IMG/VR virus record: IMGVR_UViG_3300045988_161801
Coordinates: 2,506-66,505 of that record
DNA length: 64,000 bases
DNA from: a virus
Reading direction: 5' to 3' (one strand)
In this document: positions 43,890 to 52,593 of the stretch, piece after piece
Numbering within the stretch: position 1 is the first letter of the stretch
How the letters are laid out: each line of letters starts with the position of its first letter
The notes under the pieces: generated by a model
Told to the model about the DNA's origin: nothing
Databases searched by the model: none
The model's input: only the letters and a program-made list of their open reading frames with translations
Made by a program: the position numbers and the translations under genes

Positions 43890-44588
43890 TTATTCAAAAA
43901 TTATTGCCTTATTGATTAATTCCTCCGATAACTTTTCAATCTTATTTTGAGATAATTGGGTAAATTCAGGGAAATTCACACGCATCCAATTTCTTATTTT
44001 CATCCCTTCACGTAATCCAACAGGGTGAGCTGTAACCCCCTTCTTGTGGTAATTTAACTTTAGTACTGGAAAAACTTCACCTTTCAATCCTTTAAGGTGA
44101 CGAAAGTATCTTAAATTTTCTTCCCCAAGATACTTCCTTACTGAATCAACGTGTCTCTGTTCAATCATAATCTTATCCATCTCAAACCACATAACACCTT
44201 CTTGCAACTTGGTTAAACGGTCATTTAAAATATCCAAATAACACTGCATATAATGTAATTGTTCACGTAAAAGGAATCCTTGTTTATTGCTAACATGATC
44301 AAACGTTTTAGAATTAATGAAATCTCTCAACTTCGTAACTCTAATCAACAATTCATCCCGTTCAATAACTAGCCTGTCCTTCCAAGTTTCAACACACTTA
44401 AATTCATTCTCGAAATCTTCTTTCGGCATCCATTTCACTGTACCAGAAACCTTAATAAAATACCCTGTCTCGATTTCGGAATACAACTCTCCTTTTGCAT
44501 TTCTTAACTGAAAGCCCATTTCCTGATTATATTCACCCGCTGTCATAGGTTTAGCAAGCACTTCAATTTTAGTTTCGTATGTTTTCAT
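43890..44588 (-). CDS. hypothetical protein
   Basis: 232-aa ORF. Confidence 0.55.
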   Translation of the reverse strand: MKTYETKIEVLAKPMTAGEYNQEMGFQLRNAKGELYSEIETGYFIKVSGTVKWMPKEDFENEFKCVETWKDRLVIERDELLIRVTKLRDFINSKTFDHVSNKQGFLLREQLHYMQCYLDILNDRLTKLQEGVMWFEMDKIMIEQRHVDSVRKYLGEENLRYFRHLKGLKGEVFPVLKLNYHKKGVTAHPVGLREGMKIRNWMRVNFPEFTQLSQNKIEKLSEELINKAIIFE

Positions 44589-44719
44589 ATTACTTGATCA
44601 TTAAATAATCCTTAACTAATTGTTCGTTGTTTTAAAATTCAAAACACCTTATTCCAATCTCTATTATCCTTGGATGGAAATATCAAACATTCCCCGTTAG
44701 TGTTGTACGCTTGATCTCA

Positions 44720-45040
44720 TTATTGCTTAGATTTAAGTTGTTTGATTAGCTTGTCAGCGTATTTTATTGCTCTACTTACATCTTCGTCAAAATAATGATA
44801 AGGATCAGCACCGGGAATACTTTCCTCTGCTATAATCCCGGTTAGAGCATCTCTCGCTATCTCGTACCTGCGTTGTTCCCAGTCAATTTCTTTTTTCTCC
44901 CAATCATCAATCATTTCGATCTCGTCGGATGCAACGTTTGTAAACTTGTTATCTTCATGAAGGACAGTAATATATCCCATTTCGAATTTACTTGACACGA
45001 TTTGAATGATCTCTCCCGTGCTAATTATCTTTGCTTTCAT
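44720..45040 (-). CDS. hypothetical protein
   Basis: 106-aa ORF. Confidence 0.5.
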   Translation of the reverse strand: MKAKIISTGEIIQIVSSKFEMGYITVLHEDNKFTNVASDEIEMIDDWEKKEIDWEQRRYEIARDALTGIIAEESIPGADPYHYFDEDVSRAIKYADKLIKQLKSKQ

Positions 45041-45053
45041 GATTATCTATTGT

Positions 45054-45278
45054 TTAATCCCAAAATCCTACCTGTATTAAATCAGAACCATTTTTTACAG
45101 CTATAATGTTTTTACCTTCTTCTGTTTTCTTGAAAGTATAATCATCATTCAGTATTCTAAGAAATACTTTCCTGTAGTTTGAAAACTCTGGTTTCTGATC
45201 ACTGTGCAATGCCACAGCTTTCACCACGTTACCATTCCTGTCTGTATATTTAAAAATTACGCCTTTGCTCATGATCAT
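45054..45278 (-). CDS. hypothetical small protein
   Basis: 74-aa ORF. Confidence 0.45.
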   Translation of the reverse strand: MIMSKGVIFKYTDRNGNVVKAVALHSDQKPEFSNYRKVFLRILNDDYTFKKTEEGKNIIAVKNGSDLIQVGFWD

Positions 45279-45390
45279 TCAGTTTAGGTGAACACCAATC
45301 AGATACCGTGATAATCTGACCTTCATATATTTTATTCGTGGTCATTTTAACCACCTGTGCCCAGATGTATTCTTCCATGATTCAAATTGT

Positions 45391-45741
45391 TTAACAACCT
45401 AATTTCTTTATAAGTTCTTCGTCACCAACTAATACCAGATTTGCACCAGCATCGCTAGGATCACATTCACAGTCTTTCCATTCGTCGTAACGTTCTTGGT
45501 CGTACTCTTTCAAGTCTTGTAAATCGCACTCTGTCGCCAATGGACAAGACCAAGCGTAACACATTCCTTGCTTAACCTTTGGCTCTTTGTCCTCTCTATG
45601 CGTGTAACCTTTGTTGTCTTGATACAACATTTCAAACTCTTCCTGATCAGGATGATTACACCCGTAACCATTGTTAGCATCCGTTTGCGTTGCAAAATAC
45701 CCGCAAACATTGGCAAGTTCATCTATATGTACTACTTTCAT
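45391..45741 (-). CDS. hypothetical Cys-containing protein
   Basis: 116-aa ORF. The overlapping 70-aa ORF in another frame was rejected. Confidence 0.5.
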   Translation of the reverse strand: MKVVHIDELANVCGYFATQTDANNGYGCNHPDQEEFEMLYQDNKGYTHREDKEPKVKQGMCYAWSCPLATECDLQDLKEYDQERYDEWKDCECDPSDAGANLVLVGDEELIKKLGC

Positions 45742-45849
45742 GATTTATTTGAATTATCAGTTAACTCGAATTCGTAAACCCATACCCACGGGTTAGATTC
45801 CCACATTCCCTTGCCGGAAACACGATCAATCAAACCATAATTAATTGCT

Positions 45850-46029
45850 TTATTTCTTCCCGAACAATATATCATAGCATACCCATGTTAAGGCGCACAA
45901 TGATATAATAATTATCACACCTTGACATACTTGACTAATCTTGATCAAATAGCCTATTAATGCTACCGTGAAAAAAAGCCCCATAACGACGAGGAAAGAC
46001 ACGATAATTTTTGCAACTTTATTCTTCAT
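45850..46029 (-). CDS. small two-TM membrane protein (59 aa, below the track cut-off)
   Basis: ATG at 46029 and TAA at 45852-45850. Translation MKNKVAKIIVSFLVVMGLFFTVALIGYLIKISQVCQGVIIIISLCALTWVCYDILFGKK. Confidence 0.4.
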   Translation of the reverse strand: MKNKVAKIIVSFLVVMGLFFTVALIGYLIKISQVCQGVIIIISLCALTWVCYDILFGKK

Positions 46030-46139
46030 ATATTTCGATTTAGTAATTAATTTACTTTTATTTTAGTCACCTTATTTGTAAGGCGACCAGATTATTAAAT
46101 TTTGCTCCCGACATTCATGTCGGGAGCAGGGGTGTTTTA

Positions 46140-46466
46140 TTATTTGAATTTTTCAATAATTTTATCAAGATAGTTCCTTAGTTTCAATATCTCTTCTTTG
46201 CTTGAACAAATCTCGGAAACTTCTTTTTCATACACTTGGTCGCACGTTGAGATCATTAACGTTGGTGTTTCAGTCCCTATAATTCTTATCCCGTGTTCAT
46301 CTACTGAATACATTTCGCAATATTGTATTTCAAGACATCCACCGTTATCAAACGCCACGCTCACGGCGTTGTGTTCTTTTTCCCATTCGGAAATTTCGTC
46401 AAAGGTCATATCTGACGTGCAGATGTATTCAAACTCTTCTGATTTATCCATGTATTTTCTTCCCAT
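46140..46466 (-). CDS. hypothetical protein
   Basis: 108-aa ORF. Confidence 0.5.
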   Translation of the reverse strand: MGRKYMDKSEEFEYICTSDMTFDEISEWEKEHNAVSVAFDNGGCLEIQYCEMYSVDEHGIRIIGTETPTLMISTCDQVYEKEVSEICSSKEEILKLRNYLDKIIEKFK

Positions 46467-46494
46467 GTTGTTTGATTTATAATTATTTTAAAAA

Positions 46495-47199
46495 TTATGC
46501 TTGTAACACTTTAGGTGTCCAATTTTTCCGCCATTGCGATCTCAAATATTCTTCTAGCTGATCGAAAGACCTGATAAACCCCTCGTTTATGAGATCCGTA
46601 ACTTTAGTTTCCAAGTGAAATAATTCTCTTTGCTTATTTTCCTCCCCGTGCTTGTTCCTGATCCCACTCTCGTGTTCGTTAAATATTACCCAGTTTAAAG
46701 CTTCCGCTATTTTCTTCATCGCCGTTGGCATGAAATCTCTCGGTACTATTTTCATCACGGCAGAACTTAATTGCTTGTAAGCGTCCCCTGCATCGTTCCG
46801 GTAGCGGATCATCTCGTCAGCAACGAACTTTAAAACGTGATACTCGAAACGTGGGCTTAAGTACATGGCAAATTTTATAAATAACACCGGGTGCATCCAT
46901 GTCCCACCGTTTTTCTTTCCTCTACACGTCTTGGATAGGGCATTTTTTAAATCCCCGAAATTCTGGGATTTAAAATTGAGTTCATTTTCAGCTATTTCAG
47001 ACATTAATTGATCCAAGTTCGTGGAATCCCAAAAAGCATCAAGTCTTCGCTCTTTTAAATCCGTAGAATTTACGGGTTTAGATTTTGCATTTTCATTCCA
47101 CTGTCTCAATAGATGAGTGGCGTTAAAATACCCGTCACTTGTCCTTTGGATAACGTTAAAATTACCCATGGGACGAATCATTTCTTGATTTGTTTTCAT
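46495..47199 (-). CDS. KilA-N domain DNA-binding protein
   Basis: ..NVIQRTSDGYFNATHLLRQWNE..LDAFWDSTNLDQLMSEI.. follows the KilA-N pattern. Confidence 0.65.
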   Translation of the reverse strand: MKTNQEMIRPMGNFNVIQRTSDGYFNATHLLRQWNENAKSKPVNSTDLKERRLDAFWDSTNLDQLMSEIAENELNFKSQNFGDLKNALSKTCRGKKNGGTWMHPVLFIKFAMYLSPRFEYHVLKFVADEMIRYRNDAGDAYKQLSSAVMKIVPRDFMPTAMKKIAEALNWVIFNEHESGIRNKHGEENKQRELFHLETKVTDLINEGFIRSFDQLEEYLRSQWRKNWTPKVLQA

Positions 47200-47214
47200 G
47201 ATTTTAATTTATTG

Positions 47215-47889
47215 TTAGTAATAGTAGTTTAAAAATTTACTTGCGAACTCGGCGGCGGTTTTTCTCATACCCTCCGTCTTTTTCTCGATAAATTCAAGTT
47301 TAGACCAAGCGAACATTCCGGACATGATGTTGTTGTTCAACGTGGCAAATATGTCCGTTAGCCTTTCCTCTATCGTGTTGTTCCGGCAGTAGACCGGGGA
47401 GAAAATCCCGCTCACGGGTGCTTTCATCCCGAATAATTTTTCAAGTTTCTTTTCTTGGGCGTTCATGTTTTCCTCGATTTTCCCGCATAGTTTGTCGATA
47501 AGGTCTGACATCGCTTTCTCGGTGATCGTTTCTCCCGCTAGTTTCTTTTCCATCTCGTTGAAGGCGTTAATATAGGCTTCCTTGAATCGAGCGGCTATCT
47601 TTCCGGTAAACCCCATGGCGAGGAAAGTGAAACCGTCACGGGTGATGTAGTACATGGGTTGTTTCTTGTACCCGCCATTTAGTAACTTGCTGTGATAGAA
47701 CGAAAGCGAAAAATTTCGCTCTTGAAAAATGGGACTACAATCAAGTTTTCTTATAGAACTTAACACGTCTTTATGTGGACGCTGAAAATGTTCTGCAACT
47801 TGTAAAGATGTGGTTACTACTTTTCCGTCATTTACGGATACGAGATTTTTAGCACACGTGGTGCTAGTTAATGTAATTTGTGTTGCCAT
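47215..47889 (-). CDS. Rha-family phage regulatory protein
   Basis: ..KVVTTSLQVAEHFQRPHKDVLSSIRKL.. is the Rha N-terminal signature. Confidence 0.75.
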   Translation of the reverse strand: MATQITLTSTTCAKNLVSVNDGKVVTTSLQVAEHFQRPHKDVLSSIRKLDCSPIFQERNFSLSFYHSKLLNGGYKKQPMYYITRDGFTFLAMGFTGKIAARFKEAYINAFNEMEKKLAGETITEKAMSDLIDKLCGKIEENMNAQEKKLEKLFGMKAPVSGIFSPVYCRNNTIEERLTDIFATLNNNIMSGMFAWSKLEFIEKKTEGMRKTAAEFASKFLNYYY

Positions 47890-48087
47890 AATTGTAAGAC
47901 GTTAATTTGGCATTACAGAACAGAAACGGCTGTTCACTTCCCGTCGTCTTACACCTCATAGGCAGTGGACGCATTAACGTTCCACACGGGGTTAAACAGC
48001 CGCTATGTTATAGCAACAAAATTACAAGCATTAAAAATGCCCGCATTTAGCAGGCTTCCGCTTGCCTATGAGTATGTAAGACAAGGC

Positions 48088-48134
48088 AAACATACAACTA
48101 TTATCTTTAAATTCCAAATTCCACGAAAAAAGCG
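48088..48134 (-). repeat. 47-bp direct repeat copy 1 (promoter TTTG/TAtgTTTG plus start of terminator)
   Basis: aaacatacaactattatctttaaattccaaattccacgaaaaaagcg has one mismatch to 48857-48903. The adjacent - strand terminator is agcggtg/caccgct (48131-48153). Confidence 0.7.
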
Positions 48135-48205
48135 GTGAATAAATTCCACCGCTTGTATTCCTCGAAGAGGACTTTTGCAAACAAATGCCCTAGATTATAA
48201 TTACA

Positions 48206-48445
48206 CTATGATTTCCGCTCCACGAAAGAGATGAATTCTTTAACTGTTAATCCCATGGTTCTCAAGTTAGAACGAATTATAAACTCGGGAACCGGGTCAA
48301 CGTGGGATTGAAGAACGATACTTCTTCCCAGTCCACTTTTCGCCCATATCTCGTGACCTCCCTTTTTCCTTATGATTTTCAACCCTTGCGATTCCAAGAA
48401 TTTGCGGAACAAGGCTATTGATATGTTCTGCAACGTTCCCATCAA
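48206..48445 (-). CDS. hicA: HicA-family toxin
   Basis: 79 aa. ..FRKFLESQGLKIIRKKGGHEIWAK.. is HicA/YcfA-like. 4-nt overlap with the upstream HicB-like ORF. Confidence 0.65.
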   Translation of the reverse strand: MMGTLQNISIALFRKFLESQGLKIIRKKGGHEIWAKSGLGRSIVLQSHVDPVPEFIIRSNLRTMGLTVKEFISFVERKS

Positions 48446-48831
48446 GCAAATGCCGGGATGTTAATGTTTTGATCTATTTTTTTGAAATCGTGATTGTTAA
48501 ATATGTTACTAAATGTCTCGTTAGCTTTTAGTAACTTGCTGAACAACGGGGGCGTGAATTTCTTTTTCTTTATCGTCCAGCCCATCTTGACCATCTCGGA
48601 ATGCAACGTTCCCTTGTTTATCGTGTATTTGAGAAACTCGCCAAGGCAAATTTTGAAAGAATCCAACGCTTCTTCTTCCGTGGAGCCGTACCCGTACACG
48701 TCGAGAGCGGGACAATAAACGATCTTGGAACCGCAATCCTCGAACACGATAAGGGATAATTTCACTTCTACCTGCTTGTTGGCTCCTTCCCATTTTCCCT
48801 CGAACTGAACGTTTTTTGACTTTTTTTCCAT
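48442..48831 (-). CDS. hicB: HicB-family antitoxin
   Basis: ..KIVYCPALDVYGYGSTEEEALDSFKICLGEFL.. is the HicB/UPF0150 fold signature. Confidence 0.65.
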   Translation of the reverse strand: MEKKSKNVQFEGKWEGANKQVEVKLSLIVFEDCGSKIVYCPALDVYGYGSTEEEALDSFKICLGEFLKYTINKGTLHSEMVKMGWTIKKKKFTPPLFSKLLKANETFSNIFNNHDFKKIDQNINIPAFA

Positions 48832-48856
48832 GATGTCTCCTCCATTTTGAGGGCAT

Positions 48857-48903
48857 AAACATACAACTATTATATTTAAATTCCAAATTCCACGAAAAAA
48901 GCG
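48857..48903 (-). repeat. 47-bp direct repeat copy 2 (promoter of hicBA plus start of terminator)
   Basis: aaacatacaactattatatttaaattccaaattccacgaaaaaagcg. The adjacent terminator is gcgagta/tactcgc (48901-48919). Confidence 0.7.
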
Positions 48904-48953
48904 AGTAGAATTTACTCGCCTTGATACTAAAAATATAAATATGGAAGGGTTAG

Positions 48954-49379
48954 TTACTCGTAAAAAAATCGTTCCTTTTCAATCTTGGAAAATACCCTTG
49001 AATTTCTAACCATTTCAAGCACCTCCTCGACGTGATCATCTCTAAGGTTACTTATCACCAGCGTGTCTCCAAGCATGATACTATTACACAAGAACTTCTT
49101 GCTTAACGTTAGCACTTGGGTCGCGCACAAGAAAGAGTCGTGATCGAGAAAATTGTAATCCGAACGTTTCAACGGGTATTGAAGAGCGAGTTGTTCTGGT
49201 TTTTGATATATACTCCGGTGAACATTCGAGTTTATGAAAAAGAACCCCGCTACTTTATCCTCGTTTACACCCATGATAACGAAAAATTTACCGTGATCTA
49301 TATTCTCGAACCCGGTAGAATGTAGTATCACTCCTCTCGTTATTGATGACTCTATTAATGATTCCGGTAATTCCATCAC
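48954..49379 (-). CDS. putative toxin partner of the second Panacea antitoxin (paralogue of 1794-2264)
   Basis: Shares the FF(I/V)I.G...G(F)..IN.N and LALQYPL..Y.FL blocks. 4-nt overlap with the upstream antitoxin gene. Confidence 0.5.
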   Translation of the reverse strand: MMELPESLIESSITRGVILHSTGFENIDHGKFFVIMGVNEDKVAGFFFINSNVHRSIYQKPEQLALQYPLKRSDYNFLDHDSFLCATQVLTLSKKFLCNSIMLGDTLVISNLRDDHVEEVLEMVRNSRVFSKIEKERFFYE

Positions 49380-49924
49380 TTGAACGATCTTGCTAGTTGT
49401 ACTTGACTATCGATGTAATTCACGTAGTCCTCGTCATCTCCAATTTCCCGAAGTATGTCTTTCACCGACATCGCTCGATCTTTTTGAGTATTTTCCCACG
49501 CCAAGTCGTGTGACATGATTGTCAATTCCTTGAATGATTTATCTTTACATTTTAATATTGCGGAATCAAGGCATTCAACATCACTATCCGACAAAAAATC
49601 CATGTCTGGTTCTTTTTTTGTTTTCAATATATACTTGTTGACAAAATAAAAATATTCCTTGATGTCATCTACTTGATCAGAAAAATAGCTATCTCCTCTC
49701 ATGGCCTTGAATATATCCTCAATATTAGAAGGTACCGGACCGTAATTCATGGCAATGTAAACATCTCCTGTTATACTTCTTCCGTATTTAGACAGATGCA
49801 TCTGATCCGCGTAATAGAGAGTTTTGCATATTTTGTGTATGTCTTTCCTCTCGCCAATGGCGTGCGCCACGTACAAGATGGCTTGGATAGCGACATCCTT
49901 TCTGAATAAAACCCTAGTTTTCAT
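49376..49924 (-). CDS. Panacea (DUF4065) antitoxin-domain protein, second copy
   Basis: IHKICKTLYYADQMHLSKYGRSITGDVYIAMNYGPVPSNIEDIFK. The ATG at 49924 is preferred to the TTG at 49990. Confidence 0.7.
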   Translation of the reverse strand: MKTRVLFRKDVAIQAILYVAHAIGERKDIHKICKTLYYADQMHLSKYGRSITGDVYIAMNYGPVPSNIEDIFKAMRGDSYFSDQVDDIKEYFYFVNKYILKTKKEPDMDFLSDSDVECLDSAILKCKDKSFKELTIMSHDLAWENTQKDRAMSVKDILREIGDDEDYVNYIDSQVQLARSFK

Positions 49925-50112
49925 GATATTCCTGATATTCTGTTCTCTTGTTTGGTGATGTAAAGATATGATAATCGAGTTAAACAACAAATTTATTTTG
50001 AATTTTTAAACCCTTCGAATTCGATGCTTTTAAAATAATTATATCTTTGGACCGCATGTTATCAGGAGTACTTACACCTGTTTTAGAGGAGATGCCTGCA
50101 CGTCTCCTTTTT

Positions 50113-50511
50113 TTATGCACGTGATCTTTGTTGCTTAGCGTGATCGAAATCCTCTTTCCTTACCTCCGTGCAAGAGATTATCGTAACATGACAATCGTCA
50201 GGAATATCATCCCCATCATCCCTTAAACTCTCTCGAACTATTTTACCGGCTAGAACGGCTGTGTAATGCTCGCCTGCAAACATGACGTTGCCGATCATAT
50301 TATTTACATAGTAACACACGGAGAAGTACCTCCTTTTAGGTTTCATCGCCCTGTAAACTGACCACGTCCCGGTAATGATAAAGATACCTGACACGATCCA
50401 CTCTCCACCCGGCAGGAAGTATTTTAACACTGACGATAACAAGGCGAGAAACACCACTGCTGAGGATACAACGATGAACGCCTTCAATAAAGTTTCTATT
50501 TTCTCTCTCAT
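50113..50511 (-). CDS. membrane protein
   Basis: Two N-terminal TM helices (AFIVVSSAVVFLALLSSVL and WIVSGIFIITGTWSVY). Confidence 0.5.
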   Translation of the reverse strand: MREKIETLLKAFIVVSSAVVFLALLSSVLKYFLPGGEWIVSGIFIITGTWSVYRAMKPKRRYFSVCYYVNNMIGNVMFAGEHYTAVLAGKIVRESLRDDGDDIPDDCHVTIISCTEVRKEDFDHAKQQRSRA

Positions 50512-50957
50512 GATTTTTGTGATTGAAAATAATCTATAATTTCATTTACAGTGGCACGATGAAATTTAGGGGTCGTGTTATCAGGATCTAAATAGTATTT
50601 ATCTACTAAACATTTAAACAAGCTACCCTTAGGTATATACGCACCTTGATTAACCCAATGTATTTCTTCATCATGCACGAAATACTGATCCTTATCGGTG
50701 TCATCCCTCATTGCGGCGAGGGCTAGAAATAGTTGCTCGTTGTCCCCGCAATCAATTAGCTTGCATTCCCCAGATTTTACCTCGTCCTCGAATATGTCTA
50801 CCGATTCATCGTGAACGGCGTGAATATCCCCGTGTCCCGCCATCAAGTACACGGCGGTTGCTTCCCCGGTGCAACGGCAAACCCGGTATCCCATCTTTCC
50901 CAATTTGCCTCTTAATTCCGGGGTATTCTTTCTTATAAAGCACTTTGTCTTGAACAT
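50508..50957 (-). CDS. hypothetical protein
   Basis: 149-aa ORF. Confidence 0.5.
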   Translation of the reverse strand: MFKTKCFIRKNTPELRGKLGKMGYRVCRCTGEATAVYLMAGHGDIHAVHDESVDIFEDEVKSGECKLIDCGDNEQLFLALAAMRDDTDKDQYFVHDEEIHWVNQGAYIPKGSLFKCLVDKYYLDPDNTTPKFHRATVNEIIDYFQSQKS

Positions 50958-50959
50958 GA

Positions 50960-51217
50960 CTATTTTATTTTATCTGAATAAAAATCTATTATCTCTTTCA
51001 ACGTGTCACGTGCTTTCTCGGCGCATCTCCTGTTAGAAAGATTTTCGTTATCCTTGTTCGAATCGTACACGTTATAAACTTCTAAAAACAAAGTATTTAG
51101 CAGCTTGCATTGATCTAATAGATTACAATATCTCTCTTTATTAGTACCATCATCACTGATAGGAGTGATATTACCGATCAACTTGCGTACCACATAGTAA
51201 ATATCGAAATAATTCAT
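50960..51217 (-). CDS. hypothetical small protein
   Basis: 85-aa ORF. Confidence 0.45.
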   Translation of the reverse strand: MNYFDIYYVVRKLIGNITPISDDGTNKERYCNLLDQCKLLNTLFLEVYNVYDSNKDNENLSNRRCAEKARDTLKEIIDFYSDKIK

Positions 51218-51219
51218 TG

Positions 51220-51615
51220 TTATTGTTTTGATTGTTCAACTTCCGTTATCGAGTTCAGATCGTACACGTTGCATTTAAGCAGGTGTACCAGCTCTATGTT
51301 GGCGTCGTAACACAGGCTCTTGAACTTGCAATTATCACAGCTAGTCTGTCCTTTTTGAACCGTGAAGGTGACGGGTTCCGGTTCTTCGATCTCGACTTCT
51401 TCCCAGTGTTCGATGATTAATTGCCCCCAAATGCTATTGATTGCGGCAAAACTGATTACATCTCTCATCGGGTCGATAAAGAAAACATAATCTTCATTTA
51501 CAAATGAACGATCTTTAGTATCTTTCGCTCCAAGAGATTTTAATTTATCGATTACCAGTTCCGGGTGTTTCTTGTTACCCCTGATGTAATAGTGTTTTTC
51601 TTTTTTCATGATCAC
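51220..51615 (-). CDS. hypothetical protein
   Basis: 131-aa ORF. Confidence 0.5.
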   Translation of the reverse strand: MIMKKEKHYYIRGNKKHPELVIDKLKSLGAKDTKDRSFVNEDYVFFIDPMRDVISFAAINSIWGQLIIEHWEEVEIEEPEPVTFTVQKGQTSCDNCKFKSLCYDANIELVHLLKCNVYDLNSITEVEQSKQ

Positions 51616-51639
51616 TTTCTCTTTTTAGCCAGCTTCCGT

Positions 51640-52593
51640 TTACCTGAACATCTTTTTTAACCCGCTGTTTACAGCTTCCATTTTTGTTTGATCCGATGGA
51701 TGCACGTAGATGTCCATCGTTGTGCTTATATCGGAATGCCCTAGTAGCATTGAAACTGTTTTCACGTCAACCTTATTCTCTATAAGCGTGGTAGCGAAAG
51801 TATGACGGAGCCCGTGGAACTTGATACAATGATCCAGTTTCACCCTTTTTAATATAAAATCACGGTAATAATTTCTGAACGTGCGTGGTTCCGTGAACTT
51901 GTTAGAGCAAGTACACACGTAGTAATCAGGGTTGCATACCGCGGAAAATTTCTTGATTATTGGCATAACGTTTTTCATGATAGGTATGTACCTGTCAGAC
52001 GATGATGTTTTTGGAGGTCCTATTTCGATTCTTGATTTTTTATCATGATCGCTGTCGTTGCCATCCATCATGTATATTCTTCCCAAAGTTTTACTAACGT
52101 GGATGGTCTTGTTGCTAATATCTATGTCACTCCATTGTAACGCGCATATTTCACCTATTCTCATCCCGGTGCAAATTGTCAACAGTATCCCGAGGTTGAG
52201 CGGTGAAGGGTTTTCAAGAACGTAATCCACTATAGCACGATATTCTGACGGCGTGTATCTTTCTATTTTTGTCGCTAAAATCTTGTTCTTGGTTGGCCAT
52301 GTCATTTTCCAGCTCGTATCAGGGACTATTATATCAAGTTCATCCGATGCAAACTTGATAAGCATCTTTAGAACTATGAGTATATCAGAACAATATTTTT
52401 TTGATTTCCCGGAATCCATCAATTTATAGATAAAAGGGATTATCACCTTCTTGTTTAACGTTTCCACGTCCAAGTTCCCAATGCCTGGGTCTATGATGTT
52501 AATGTATAGCATTTGGTAACAGCTTAACGTGGATATTTTCACTTGACGTTTTTTAAACGGCACCCAAGTGTCGTACACTTCTCTAAGTTTCAT
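51640..52593 (-). CDS. tyrosine recombinase (XerC/D-like, 317 aa)
   Basis: ..[17 protein letters not shown].. and ..[39 protein letters not shown].. give the R..HxxR..H..Y catalytic pattern. Confidence 0.85.
   Translation of the reverse strand: MKLREVYDTWVPFKKRQVKISTLSCYQMLYINIIDPGIGNLDVETLNKKVIIPFIYKLMDSGKSKKYCSDILIVLKMLIKFASDELDIIVPDTSWKMTWPTKNKILATKIERYTPSEYRAIVDYVLENPSPLNLGILLTICTGMRIGEICALQWSDIDISNKTIHVSKTLGRIYMMDGNDSDHDKKSRIEIGPPKTSSSDRYIPIMKNVMPIIKKFSAVCNPDYYVCTCSNKFTEPRTFRNYYRDFILKRVKLDHCIKFHGLRHTFATTLIENKVDVKTVSMLLGHSDISTTMDIYVHPSDQTKMEAVNSGLKKMFR

Noticed and set aside
45510-45722. 70-aa ORF overlapping 45391-45741 in another frame
   Set aside because: It lies fully inside the longer, better-composed 116-aa ORF on the same strand.
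50079-50089. The string gttttagag (also on the - strand at ~42679-42691) resembling the start of a type II CRISPR repeat/tracrRNA anti-repeat
   Set aside because: These are single isolated 9-mers with no repeat-spacer periodicity and no cas9, consistent with chance occurrences.
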